Assembly (NCBI GenBank): GCA_964188305.1
Contig: OZ076888.1
Length of the DNA: 64,000 nucleotides
Reading direction: 5' to 3' (one strand)
Origin: Podarcis bocagei
Taxonomy: Eukaryota
Below are positions 1 to 13,343 of this stretch, in pieces. Under the pieces are notes generated by a model. It saw nothing but the letters and a program-made list of their open reading frames with translations. It had not been told where the DNA came from and did no database searches. How positions within the stretch are numbered: position 1 is the stretch's first letter; the number at the start of each line of letters is the position of its first letter. Position numbers and translations under genes: made by a program.

Positions 1-2421
1 CTTGCAAATTCTCTCCCTACAACATCTCTGGTCTCATTGATGCCTGCAGGAATAACAACACAAACGAACAGCAGATTTGGGCCCTTTATCCACTAAGATG
101 GAGACAGAGCAGAGTTTCTCTTCCCTTGCTCCTCACATTGGAGGGTAATCAGAACATATGACGTACCTGAGATGGCAACTGCCTGTTTCTTCTCTCACAC
201 ACTCAATTCATCAGCGCTCTGTTTCCCATCTCTGGCTTCCGTTTCCCTGCTCTTCTTTCTTGTCCTTCTTCTTTCTCCTGGGTAATGCCCCATGCTGCTT
301 TTCTGTCTGCACAGTATCATGAAGTGTCCTGTGGACACTGGTTATTAAACCCTGATTACACTCAGTTTTTACACGTGACTAAAAAAACAAACAAACCCTC
401 ACTGTCTATGAAGGGTCTGCCAGGGTTTGCAAGGTTGACAAGGATGACATGTGGTTGTCATCTTCAGAGTCTCAAAGGAATCATCAGTCATCTTAGGCAA
501 GCTGGAGGTCCACCCTACATTGGCATTATGAGTTTGTCATAAAACACACAGTGGCTATTTCCATTCGGTCCACATGCCTCTGCTTGCCCCTGTTGGATTG
601 GAGAGTGCTTTGATTTGTTCTTGCCACACTGAACGAGGGGGCAGAGGTTAGAGACCATGAATTCATATGTTTGCCTCAGCAGTCCATTGCAAAACACCAA
701 AACAACACCGGTGGCTTGGCCCTCGAGATGATCTGCAAGGATCCCCCATAGAAAAAGCTTTCTTTCCCAGGAAAAGTTACACCTGCATTGTCTTGCTTGT
801 TTCGGTCAGAGTACAGGCAGCGATTATTTTGTGTGGGAGTTCAGTTCCTGGCCCCTGCAAGCATCGGTGGAGCAGGTATAATTGCACCCCACCCCATTCT
901 GTCTTCTTCTGGGTCCAAAAGGACCCGCATGTTGGCAATCACACATCAGTTAGATGCACCTAGAATGGTTGCTGCCTGTACACGCTATACCTTTAAAGCA
1001 CATCCAAAGCACATTCTTCCCCTCAAAGAATTCTGGGCACTGTGGTCTACTCCTCAGAGAGTTACAATTCCCCGCAACCCTTAACAAACTATAATGCCAA
1101 GAATTCTTTGCAGGGCGGGGTAATGTGATTTGAATGCGCATCACCAATTTGTAAACCAATTAGCCACAATTAGCAGTAGTCTTGTGACCTCTGCACTTGC
1201 AGTCAATCCGTATCTCCTGGCTGCAGCACCAGCTACAAATCAGAGACAGAGCTGCTGCTACAATTGTTTTAACTGTTTTTACTTGTTTTAACTGTTTTAA
1301 TTGCTTTAATTTGTGTGAGGTTTGTAAATTATTTCATTCTAAGCTCTAGCCTCTTGGTTGTTTGTTCCCCTTGTTAAGTCTTCGATAAGTGCAGCTTCCC
1401 CAGTGGTGCATGGTTCCTCTGAGCTCAAGACCCCAAAATGCATGTGTCTTTTGAGTACATCAGTAGGTGCATATGTAGACAATGACCCTGTAATATAAGC
1501 AGGTAACTAGAAGTAAGAAAGGGCAGAGCTGTTAATCTTGCAGAGAAACAGCAGGCAGCTTTCTGTGTGGGTTGGTTCATTAGGCTGATCCACATCCTTC
1601 ATTTTATTTATTGACAGTACAGTCCTATGTATGTTGACTTAGAACTAAGTCCCACTGTGTTCAGTGGGGTTTACTCCCAAGTAAGTGTACACAGTCAGGA
1701 TTGAAGCCAAGCACACTCAAAGTTCCCTAGCATGCTCTGGAACACAGCTTGGGAATTACTACTATGAGCTTTCACAGATATGCACATATTAAACACACTG
1801 GATTTAATTGATTCCTTCAATTAAAGTATTTACATAGAAAGTTCACACATGCACCACGCAGCTCCCCACATTTAACACACATTTTTTTCATGGTCACTTA
1901 CGGAGACATTATTCAAATCTCCTCTGCTTATTCAGATACTTACCGTGAGATCTGTGCACACTTGAGATGTGCTAGTCTTGTTAATGCCGTGTTGCAGAAA
2001 TGCTGATTCAGGAGTCCAGGCAGCTGCTGGTGAGACCACAGCTATGGCATTTTGATCCGCAGTCCCGCCATGACTGCTGCTAAAAGCATTATAGCTGGGA
2101 GGGAAGGGGCCAGTTACAGGAGCAACCATGAGACCCCTTCCCCCACCCCACCCCAGCCCTTCCATTCCTATCCACTCCAAAGAAAATGGGAAACATAAAT
2201 AGGCCTATTTCTGTGCTGAAAGGGAGCTTTTTGTTTTGTTTTGTGGCATGTCTTTACAAAAAAACAAAACAGAGCCAGGGAAATTCCTGAAGGCAAAGCA
2301 GAATCTCCAGAGCCATCAAAAAACCTGGACAATGCAGTGCTCCATGGAAATCTGTGCATTTAGAAGGGCTGTAATGGTGGTACACAGGGGCTAGCCAATG
2401 TGGTGCCTGGCAGATCTGCAG

Positions 2422-3750
2422 AATAACAGCAACAACAGTAACAATAATAACAATAATTTTATTATTTATACCCTGCCCATCTGGCTGGGCCACCCAAGTT
2501 ACTCTGAGGGACTCCAGTCCCGACACATATAAAAATGTAATTAAACACCAAACATTAAAAACTTATCGATACAGGGCTGCCTTCAAATGCCTTCTAAAAG
2601 TTGTGTAGTTCTTCATCTCCTTGACATCTGATGGGAGAGAATGTGGCACAGAGAGGGCGCCACTGGAGAGACCCTCTGCTTGGTTCCATGTAACTTCCCT
2701 TCTCATGGTGAGGGAACCGCCAGAAGGCCCTTGGAGGTGGAACGCAGTGTCTGGGCTGAACAATGGGGGGTGGGATGGAGACACTCCTTCAGGTATACAG
2801 GGCCGAGGCCGTTTAGGGCTTTAAAGGTCAGCACTAACATTTTAAAATGTGCTTGGAAAAGTACTAGTAGCCAGTACAGATCCTTTAGGACCAGTGGTAT
2901 ATGGTCCCTGTGGCCACTCGCAGTCACCAGTCTACCTGCCACACTCTGAATTAGCTTCTGTTTCCGAGTCACCTTCAAATGTAGCCCCACTAAGAGCGCA
3001 TTGCAGCAATCCAAGCAGGAGATAACCAGGACATGTACCACTCTGGAGAGACAGTCTGTGGGCAGGTAGAGTCTCAGCCTGTGTACCAGATGGAGCTGGT
3101 AGACAGCTGCCCTGCACACAGAATTGACCTATGCCTCCATGGACAGCTGTGAGTCTAAAATGACTCCCAAGCTGTGCACCTGGTTCTTCAGGGGCACAGT
3201 TACCCCATTCAGGACCAGGGAGTCCTCTACCCCCACCCACCCCATGTCCCTCAGAAACAGTACTTCTGTCTTGTCAGGAGTCAACCTCAATCCATTAACC
3301 ACCAACTATCCTCCAACCACCTCCAGACACTCACACAGAACATTCACCACCTTCACTGGTTCTGATTTAAAGAAGAGGTAGAGCTGGGTATCATCCACAT
3401 ACTGGTGAATACCCAGCCGAGCCCCCTGATGATCTCTCCCAGCAGCTTCATATAGATGTTAAAAAGCATGGGGGAGGGGACGGAGCCCTGAGGCACCCCA
3501 CAAGTGAGAGCCCAGGGATCCAAACACTCATCGCCCCCCACACCACTTTCTGGACACGGCCCAGGAGGAAGGAGCGGAACCACTGCATAACAGTGCCCCC
3601 AGATCCCAGTTCCTCTAGATGGTCCAGAAGGATACCATGGTCAATGGTATCAGAAGTCACAGAGAGATCCAGCAGAAGCAGGAAATAGCTTTCACCTCTC
3701 TCCCTAGCCTGGCAGAGATCACTGACCAACGCAACCAACTTGCAGGACAT
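2422..3750 (-). mobile_element. Degraded L2-clade LINE 3' fragment
   Basis: Frameshifted RT pieces (LLLLDLS..DTIDHGILL, CGVPQGS..PMLFNIYM, LDCCNALLVGL, HIPLVLKDLYWL) and a 3' end with an AT-rich simple-repeat tail. Confidence 0.85.
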
Positions 3751-4493
3751 CTTGCAATGTAGATTCCTTAGATTTGTCTAGCCTAGACTAGGTTTACTAT
3801 TTCTCAAAGATGTGCCAGTCATACATTAATCCATTTAAGTGGATCTAATTTTAAAATGCTTTTATTGCTTAATAACCAGTCAAAGCACAACACTATTGAG
3901 TGGCAGGAAAAATGAGATGGACGTTAAAGCAGCCAGGTAACTGCACTTGAATCCTGCCTTTTGTCCCCCTGCTTCCTAAATATCTGAAATTGGGTGTAGG
4001 GGATTCCTTAAAGCAGCGGTTCTCAGCCTGTGGATCCCCAGATGTTGTTGGACTACAACTCCCACCATCCCTGAGCTCTGGCCTTAAAGGCTAAGGAGAC
4101 CAGCAGTCTCGAGGGGGGTTCCCCTGTGTATAATAATAGTTCCTCAAGACTGATAAAATAGTTACAAGAAGAATCTTGAGCCCAGTTTCTCTCCCGAGAT
4201 ATGTGGTTGTGTTGCAGTTTGTGCTTTTCCAGCCAACTCAGCAGTTGGTGGGAAGATGAAGCCAAGAGCAATAGAAGGGATCTTGTGAGGTCTCCCATTC
4301 TCACAAAGCCAGAGCACCTGAACTTCTTGGAAAGCCATCCGCATCCCTGCTGATCCAGAACTTCCTTCAAGGTCCCAAGGACTTCCACACTTCCTCCGTT
4401 TTGCTAGGCCAGAATATTGACCTGAGCTCAGTGAACACAAGAGAAATATTTCTGGACAGTTGACATTATTTGCTGCACTCTTCCAGGTTAGTA

Positions 4494-4745
4494 CAGTCAT
4501 ACCTTGGGTTGCGAACGCTGCGAGTTGTGCGTTTCCGGGTTACGGACCGCGCCAAACCTGGAACGGGTTACTTCCGGGTTTTGGCGCGCGTGCATGCGCA
4601 GAAATGCTAAATCACGCTTTGCGCATGTGTAGAAGCACCAAATCACATCAGGCGCGTGCGCAGACGCAGTGCTGTGGGTTGCAAACACTGCGGGTTGCGA
4701 AAATGCCTCCCACACAGATCACGTTCGCAACCCGAGGTATGACTG
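4494..4745. mobile_element. Tc1/mariner-type MITE
   Basis: TIRs cagtcataccttgggttgcgaacg / cgttcgcaacccgaggtatgactg flanked by TA; CpG-rich interior. Confidence 0.85.
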
Positions 4746-4850
4746 TACTAACAAACAGTAACTGTGCCTTCTAGGAATCCATGCCTCCTCCTATTATTCC
4801 CTCAGCATTCAACATATTTCCATCCTGTTGGTTCTCTCACCCTGTCTACA

Positions 4851-5137
4851 TTCACACCACATGTTTGAAGCACTATGATACCACTTTAAAAGAATTCTGG
4901 GAGCTGTAGTTTGTTAAAGGTGCTCAGACTTGTTAGGAGAGCCCTATTCCCCTCACAGAGCTATGATTCCCAGAGTGGCTTAACAATCAATCCCTCTTCG
5001 CAGGAAACTCTGGAAATGATAGGGGAATAGGGGTCTCCTAGCAACTCTTGCCACACTTAGCAAACTACAGCTCCCAGAATTCTTTGGGGGAAGCCCAATT
5101 TGAAGTGGTATCATAGTGTTTTCAATATTTGGTGTGA
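4851..5137. mobile_element. Long palindromic non-autonomous element (related copies at ~980-1140, 31040-31390, 49170-49340, 60890-61065)
   Basis: Extended imperfect inverted repeats (cactatgataccact / agtggtatcatagtg; aagaattctgggagctgtagtttg / caaactacagctcccagaattctt). Confidence 0.65.
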
Positions 5138-5985
5138 CTGTGGCCTTACTCAGTGTCCACAAATAGTCTTGCTGCTCACTTTCTTTTTCTTTTTGCAAAT
5201 TTCATTTTCAACTACATTATTCATTTAAAGGAGCCCAAATTTGATTGTCCATTGTCTAATTCTGAGGCTGATTCCCCCCCGCCGCCGCCGCCGCTGCCCC
5301 AAATGTAGCCAGGCAGAGAAAACTGTCAAGCAGCACACACTTTGGGCTTTATAAACCTAGGCAGCAACCCTATTCACAAGTAGCCTCGCTGATCAGTCAG
5401 TTACCATCATGCAACTGTCCTTGCCATTTATTTCTCTGCCATCAAACCAAAACATCTCATTACTTAACCAGACAAGTGACGCACCCAGCAAAATTGGACA
5501 GAACAGGAAGACATCAAAACTGGCCCCATTCCCAACATCTGGCAGCCCAGTGTGCTTGGCTCCCAGGGATGACTGCTGCAGGGTCTCCGATAATCAAACA
5601 TCTGGTTTCCAAACATGAAAAGGGATGCAAAGCCCATTCTGTAGCTCAGCAGAGACAAAAGGGTGGGGGAAGCTCCTTGCCATTCCTGTTGTTAATTATG
5701 CCTCTGTAACGTTTGCTGTTCTGAGCCAGAAACAGTCTAAACAAAAAAGGAGTCTTACCATCCTGAGCCAGGGCAGGCTATGTAGCTCGGCTCATGTGCA
5801 ACCTGTGCCCTGGCCTCAAGGGTGCAGCTCAAGCAAGGTAATCTCTAGTTAAAGGGAACTATTTCCCATAATACTGAATGGGGCACACATACCTCCCCTG
5901 TGAAATGTATTTCTGTTCTTGATCACTGAAACCAGGGAGTAGATTTCCTCTGGTATGTGTGAGTTTCTAATGAAATTCACTTGAT

Positions 5986-5988
<3 letters not shown>

Positions 5989-6036
<48 letters not shown>
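5989..6036. repeat. (TC)n microsatellite
   Basis: Perfect dinucleotide run. Confidence 0.95.
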
Positions 6037-6039
<3 letters not shown>

Positions 6040-6459
6040 GTGGAAAAACTGGAGGTGTGATCTTCCGTGCATCCATTTTGTACAGGCATATCTGATTAGT
6101 CACAGTAGAGGACCAACGTTTGTATTCTTCATGAAGTGAGACTACAAAATTGTTGTGGTTCACACAGGACAGCTCAAGGTTTTTTGCCACCATCACAAAA
6201 AAACCCCTGGAGTACATTCTCAGTATTTATAGGGGACTGGAAGCAGCACAAGAGCAAAGGCTAGCATGTTGCTTTTGGCAAGCACCTAGTCCGCCTCTAT
6301 TGTTGAGCTGCCCCTGGTTTCATGACTCCATGTGCATGTATATTTCTCCAAGCAGTAATGGGCAAACTCTCTCTGGCTAAGTTCAGAATCAGTTTGGTAT
6401 TTACAAGCTCGCCTGTTCTCTGACTGTCATCCCTCCAACTAGCAACATTGGTGTATGTA

Positions 6460-7104
6460 CAGTGGTACCTTGGTTCTCAAACGCCTTGGTACTCAAATGC
6501 CTTGGTTCCCAAATGCTGAAAACCTGGAAGTAACTGTTCTGGTTTTCGAACGTTTTTCGGTAGCCGAATGTCCAATGCGGCTATCGGCTATTGTTTCCGG
6601 GGCGCCTGCACCAATCAGAAGCTGCGCCTTGGTTTTCGAATGTTTTGGAAGTCAAATGGACTTCCGGAACGGATTAAGTTTGGTGCTTTTGTTTTTGCTA
6701 TTTTATTTTGCGTTTTTGAGGCTTTTTCAGTTAATTTGTTTTTGTGACTGTGTGGAACCCAGTTCAGCTACTGATTGATTGATTGATTGATTGATTGACT
6801 GTAGAAGTAGATAAAAGCCCCCCATGCAAACAATGACTATCATCAGTGCAGGTAAGGAAAAATAATAATTTAAATTTTCATCATCTACAATACTGTCTTA
6901 TTTATTTTATAGTACAGTACATTGATTATTGCTTTCATTTTATGGATCAATGGTCTCGTTAAATAGTAAAATTCATGTTAAATTGCTGTTTTAGGGTTTG
7001 TTTTTAAAAGCCTGGAGCAGATTAATCCATTTTGCATCACTTTCTATGGGAAAGAGTGCCTTGGTTTTGGAACGCTTTGGTTTTGGAACGTACTTACAGA
7101 ACAG

Positions 7105-7152
<48 letters not shown>

Positions 7153-7288
7153 TATTTGTACCCCGCCCATCTGACTGGGTCTCCCCAGCCACTCTGGGCG
7201 GCTTCCACAGAGACCAAAAATACACTAAAATGTCACACATTGAAAACTTCCCTGAACAGGATTAAGTTTGAGAACCAAGGTACCACTG
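6460..7288. mobile_element. Tc1/mariner-type non-autonomous element containing an L2 3'-end insertion
   Basis: Perfect 23-bp TIRs cagtggtaccttggttctcaaac with TA target duplication; (TTA)n plus an L2-like tail at ~7106-7260. Confidence 0.85.
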
Positions 7289-10200
7289 TATTCTGATAGT
7301 TCAGTTTCCCCAATAATTGTAGCTTGGCTGTTTCACTTGCCCTGAATCCACCCCAGGGGACCAAACATGCTGGAAATCTGCTTGAAAACACAACTGCCCA
7401 CTCCACGCAAGCTCACATAAGATAAAGAGAGGGGCTTACATTGGATGGAGAGCAGCAACCACACACACACACAAAAAAAATTGTAAGAACCAATGGGAAG
7501 AAATGACCTAAATAGATATAAAACTTGCCCAATAAAAGGTTGATACTTACCAGCTGGTCACCTGGTACCGTCACATCATTCATAGCAATCCAGATAATGG
7601 TGTATTTTCAAAATTGGCACCATCATTATTTTCAAGGTACACTGCAAAATAGCAAATCTATTTCAGGTGTGGAAATCTGGAGACTTTGGAATCAGGATAG
7701 CTTTCATGAGTTTTAATGATTTTGTGGGATTTTATTACATATTATAGGAGACAGATGGCATACAACAATTTTAAAATATCATAAGAATAGAAATATCACA
7801 ATAATACAGAATATTATTGCTGTAGCCCAAACATTTTGGGCTTTTGCTGCGCAGCGATCCCTCTTGCTGTTCTGGCTTCTGGGATTCAGAATATTTTTTT
7901 TCTTTTTTTCTTCCTCCAAAAACTTGTGGTCTGGTGCATCTTATAGAGTGAAAAATACAGCACTTCCCTGCATTACAAAGCAAACACTGTTTTGTCTGAA
8001 CATTTTGTCTCCAATTGTGATCCAAGTTGGTGTGCTTCCCTCCCTAGCTCCCTAGTGCTAGAACAGTGACTTAGGCACCAAGGATTTTGCGAAGTGTAAT
8101 TTTCCCGGGACACCTGAGCATAGATGCCAGACGGACCTCCGATGTCCCCAGTATCATTTAGCAGATCCAATATTTGAAGTGCAAAAAGGAAAGACTTTAC
8201 ACCACCTTTTTCATAGTATAATATTAACTACAATTGAAGTAAAGACTTGCACCCAGAATAAATCACTCACTACTTAACGAGTCACTTCTCCCACAATTTA
8301 AAGAGAGGCAGTAAAACCAGTTTCTGGGACAGAAAGTTAAAATCCCCGTATACTTGAGATTTCTTTTATCTTTTGAAAGCTCAGCATCTGTGTCCAAAGC
8401 ATGCTGGGCCCAGTTTTGGCCTCTGTTTTCTCTCCGGGGATCTGATACTTGTTTTAAGTATGTTGATTTCACTTCCTGAAACCATAGTCTTCACCTATCA
8501 GAGGCAACCGCCTGTCAGTTTAGCAAGAGTTAACAGGGCAGTTATTTACCTTGAATTGTATACAATGTAAAATATAGGACCTTCTGCTGCCATCTAGAGG
8601 ACAAGTGTTAGTTGGCCATGCTGCAGTTTCTACTGGGGACTGGATCCTCTTTGAAAAGTCTTTTTGAAAGTAAACAACTGCTTGTGGATTCTCCATAGAA
8701 CAGAAAGAAAAGGACAAGAGAATGGAGCTCACAAGAGGAAGCTGTGTGAAATAAGCTTAGAAGGACTTGTGGATTTCAGTTCTCCACATTTTTTGCAAGA
8801 ATTTGAGAATTTTGTTTGTTTTTTTAAAATCCTCATGAAAATTCACCAGCATTTTACTGTGAATTTCTGCTGATAAGCACATTTTTGTATGCTGCTTTGA
8901 TTTTGGAAAGCAATTTACCCTAATATAATGCATGTACGCATGTTATTTTCACTAATATATTCACTTTTTTAACACAATTTCCCCTAACATATGGCATTTT
9001 TGCAAATATCATTTGATTGGAGAACTGCATCACAAATTTCATAGAAGTGTGAACTCCAAAGGGCAGCTGTGTTTTGCTTCACATATTTCAAAAGGTGTGG
9101 ATTTGGTAATTGTTTCTGTAATTGTTTTGAATGGGCCAGGGCCCCCCAATGTTGCGTGATGTCACACACATGTGACACACATTGCTCATGTGATGTCACA
9201 CACGCAAAACGCGCACCGGGCCCCTCGATCTTGGGGACAATTTGGTTCCTTTGTGGTAGAATCACCTTTGAGTATGAACTGAATCAAATTTCTCAGGCTG
9301 GGACTGAAGAGCTTTCTTGGAGATACAGAGAGCCAAAGAAGCAGCGCAGAAATCTCCTCTGGACGTTTCCAGGAAAAATGCTTCTCTGATTTATAAGCAA
9401 CTGTGCTTATATTTGACAGTGCCTTTGGTGAGCAGCATGTTCTCCCACCATCATCCCAATGCCCGAAAGACTTTCAAAACTTTCCAAAACTTAAATCCTT
9501 TAAAAAAGAAACTTGAAAGGGTGATTTTATGTTTGCATAGAAGTCCTCTGAAGGAAACAAATAGGATATTGCTTGTAGGAATAAGAATCACTAGATGATT
9601 GCATGTGTTGTGTGACTAAAGAAAACTGTAGCAATCAGGAAAGCAATGTGGGAAGCAAGATCGTAGTTTGCCTAGAAGAGGTTCAGTTGCTGAGGTAGGG
9701 TAGAACGTTAGATCTGACCATTTGCCAAGGGATACATAGCCAAAAAGCCCAGGGAAACTGTAAAATAAATTCATTTTTGGTCATGGATGAAAGTCCACAT
9801 CGGTCTTCTCGAGACTGTACAGATCCTAAATAGAGCAGGCAGGCAGGCAGCCACAGGAGGAGACAAAGGGCAAGAAAGAAAGGATGACAACTCTTAGTCC
9901 CAGTTCCTTTTGGGATGTGACAATGTCTCCTTCTTAGGAGCATAACTGAGGAGAAGGGACAGGAGAATTTGCCATCCCTCCATGATGACAACCCTACCTA
10001 AAACGTCTCTCCCCACCCCATGCACTCACAGGAGACTGGCCATTATCAGGCGTCGTTAAAGAGCAATTAGATGGAAATTAAGCTGAGAACAAGTATTGAT
10101 TAGCTCATTAAGGACGGGGGAACCTACTCTGTCGATAGGAATTACCAGCGCTAACCCCATTATCTGCAAGGTTAAAGTCTGCGGTTGGGGGCTCCTCATT

Positions 10201-10833
10201 AAATATCCCAGAGATTAATCGATCCCTGCCCCTCCCCTCCCTTGCCCAGGGGTCTCTCTGTAATTGCTCTGAAATGTTGGAATGGCAGAGTCCTGGCTCC
10301 CTCTTCTTCCCCTGCCCTCCATCCTTTGCTCCAAGAAGCTGACATCAGGTGTGTTGAACTGGGATTGAAATGAGAAAGAAATGAGCAGCAGCGGCAGCAA
10401 GATGGAAGGTCTCAAGATCTTGAGAAACTGCAGGTGAAGCCAGCCTGCTTTGTAGATGAAATGTGCAGCTGAGAATGACTCGATCTCACCAGCTTGAATT
10501 CTGACCATGCCTCAGTCCTGATTTGGAGTGCATTCTCTAGCTCATCAGTAAGGAAGATCAGATTGATGGGTGCCAGTGACAGGGCTTTTCAGTGGTGGCT
10601 TCACAAGTTGTTTTATTCTCTGCAGTATTGGCCAGCAGGGAAGCATGGGTAGGGCTACACTAGTGACCTGCCTTCCCCACCACATGCTTTCCTGCTGCTC
10701 CCAAGAGGGAGAGGGACAAAACCCTTGTGAGGTAGGTCAGACGCAGCTGCTGCAACTGACCCAGTCACTCCATGAGCTTTATACCCAAGTGGGGACTTAA
10801 ATCTGAGTCTCCCTGGTCTTGATACAACACTCT

Positions 10834-12981
10834 TTTAAGCCGACTTCATAAAACTTAGGGAAGTGCTGGGTGAGATCCCATGGACAGTAATACTAAAAGG
10901 AAAGGGAGTTCATGATGGCTGGGAGTTTGTTAAGAGGGAGATAGTAAAAGCACAACATCAGGCAATACCAATGAGACGGAAACATGGAAGGTGCCTAAAG
11001 AAGCCAGGGTGGCTATCTAAAGAACTTTTAACTGAGTTAAGATTAAAAAAGGATGTGTACAAAAAATGGAAAAGGGGGGAAACCACCAAAGAGGAATTCA
11101 AACAAATAGCCAGCACATGTAGACACAAACTCAGAAAAGCTAAAGCACAGAATGAACTCAGGCTTGCTAGAGAGGTTAAAAGCAACAAAAAAGGCTTTTA
11201 TGGGTATGTCCGTAGCAAAAGGAAGAACAAAGAAACAGTGGGGTCACTCAGAGGAGAAGATGGTGAAATGCAAACAGGGGACACAGAAAGGGCTGAACTC
11301 CTCGATGCCTTCTTTGCCTCAGTCTTCTCCGATAAATAAAACAATGCCCGACCTGAAGAATTTGGAGCAAATGATTCAGCAGAGGAAACACAGCCCAGAA
11401 TAACTAAGGAGATAGTACAAGAATACTTGGCTAGTTTAGATGTATTCAAGTCTCCAGGGCCAGATGAAATGCATCCAAGAGTATTAAAAGAACTGGCAGA
11501 TGTGATCTCAGAACCATTGGCAGTCATCTTTGAGAATTCCTGGAGAACAGGCAAAGTCCCGGCAGACTGGAGGAGGGCAAATGTTGTCCCTATTTTCAAA
11601 AAGAGGAAAAGCGAGGACCGAAATAATTACCGCCCAGTCAGTCTGACATCAATACCAGGGAAGATTCTGGAGCAGATCATTAAGCAAACAGTCTGTGAGC
11701 ACCTAGAAAGGAATGCTGTGATCACCAATAGTCAGCATGGATTTCTGAAAAATAAGTCATGTCAGACTAACCTGATCTCGTTTTTTGACAGAATTACAAG
11801 CCTGGTAAATGAAGGGAACGCAGTGGATGTAGCCTACCTTGATTTCAGCAAGGCATTCGACAAGGTACCCCATGATATTCTTGTAAAGAAGCTGGTAAAA
11901 TGTGGTCTTGACTATGCTACCACTCAGTGGATTTGTAACTGGCTGACTGACCGAACCCAAAGGGTGCTCATCAATGGTTCCTCTTCATCCTGGAGAAGAG
12001 TGACTAGTGGGGTGCCACAGGGTTCTGTCTTGGGCCCGGTCTTATTCAACATCTTTATCAACGACTTGGATGATGGACTCAAGGGCATCCTGATCAAATT
12101 TGAATATGACACCAAACTGGGAGGGGTGGCTAACACCCCCAGAGGACAGGATCACACTTCAAAACGACCTTGACAGATTAGAGAACTGGGCCAAAACAAA
12201 CAAGATGAACTTTAACAGGGAGAAATGTAAAGTATTGCACTTGGGCAAAAAAAATGAGAGGCACAAATACAAGATGGGTGGCACCTGGCTTGAGAGCAGT
12301 ACATGTGAAAAGGATCTAGGAGTCTTGGTTGACCACAAACTTGACATGAGCCAACAGTGTGACGCGGCAGCTAAAAAAGCCAATGCAATTCTGGGCTGCA
12401 TCAATAGGAGTATAGCATCTAGATCAAGGGAAGTAATAGTGCCACTGTATTCTGCTCTGGTCAGACCTCACCTGGAGTACTGTGTCCAGTTCTGGGCACC
12501 ACAGTTTAAGAAGGACACTGACAAACTGGAACGTGTCCAGAAGAGGGCAACCAAAATGGTCAAAGGCCTGGAAACGATGCCTTATGAGGAACGGCTAAGG
12601 GAGCTGGGCATGTTTAGCCTGGAGAAGAGGAGGTTAAGGGGTAATATGATAGCCATGTTCAAATATATAAAAGGATGTCATATAGAGGAGGGAGAAAGGT
12701 TGTTTCTGCTGCTCCGGAGAAGCAGACACGGAGCAATGGATCCAAACTACAAGAAAGAAGATTCCACCTAAACATTAGGAAGAACTTCCTGACAGTAAGA
12801 GCTGTTCGACAGTGGAATTTGCTGCCAAGGAGTGTGGTGGCGTCTCCTTCTTTGGAGGTCTTTAAGCAGAGGCTTGACAACCATATGTCAGGAGTGCTCT
12901 GATGGTGTTTCCTGCTTGGCAGGGGGTTGGACTCAATGGCCCTTGTGGTCTATTCCAACTCTATGATTCTATGATTCTATG
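10834..12981 (+). mobile_element. 5'-truncated, inactivated CR1 LINE (ORF2/RT remnant)
   Basis: [51 protein letters not shown]; stop at 11337 and frameshifts near 12140 and 12700; catalytic FADD reads FEYD; (ATTCTATG)n tail; ACTCT duplicated at both ends. Confidence 0.93.
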
Positions 12982-13130
12982 ACTCTAACCACTACGCCAC
13001 ACTTTCTCTCAGCTGTAGGCCTCCCTCACTGTGCTTATAGTCTTGCTGCTTTTAAATGGGCTTTGAAGATTTACCTGCTTTCCAAATCTTTTCATGAAGA
13101 TGACTGCTGGTTTTAATATGTTTCACCCTA

Positions 13131-13343
13131 CAGTCATACCTCGGGTTACAGATGCTTCAGGTTGCGTTTTTTTCAGGTTACGGACCACTGAAACCTGGAA
13201 GTACCAGAACGGGTTACTTCCAGGTTTCAGCAGTTGTGGATGTGCAGAAGCACCAAATTGCAACCCACGCATGTGCAGACGCACAGCTGCGGGTTGCGAA
13301 CATGCATCCCACATAGATCATGTTCGCACCTGAGTGTCCACTG
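13131..13343. mobile_element. MITE of the same family as 4494-4745
   Basis: TA|cagtcatacctcgggtt ... ccactg|TA; shared interior (acgggttacttcc, agaagcaccaaat). Confidence 0.8.
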
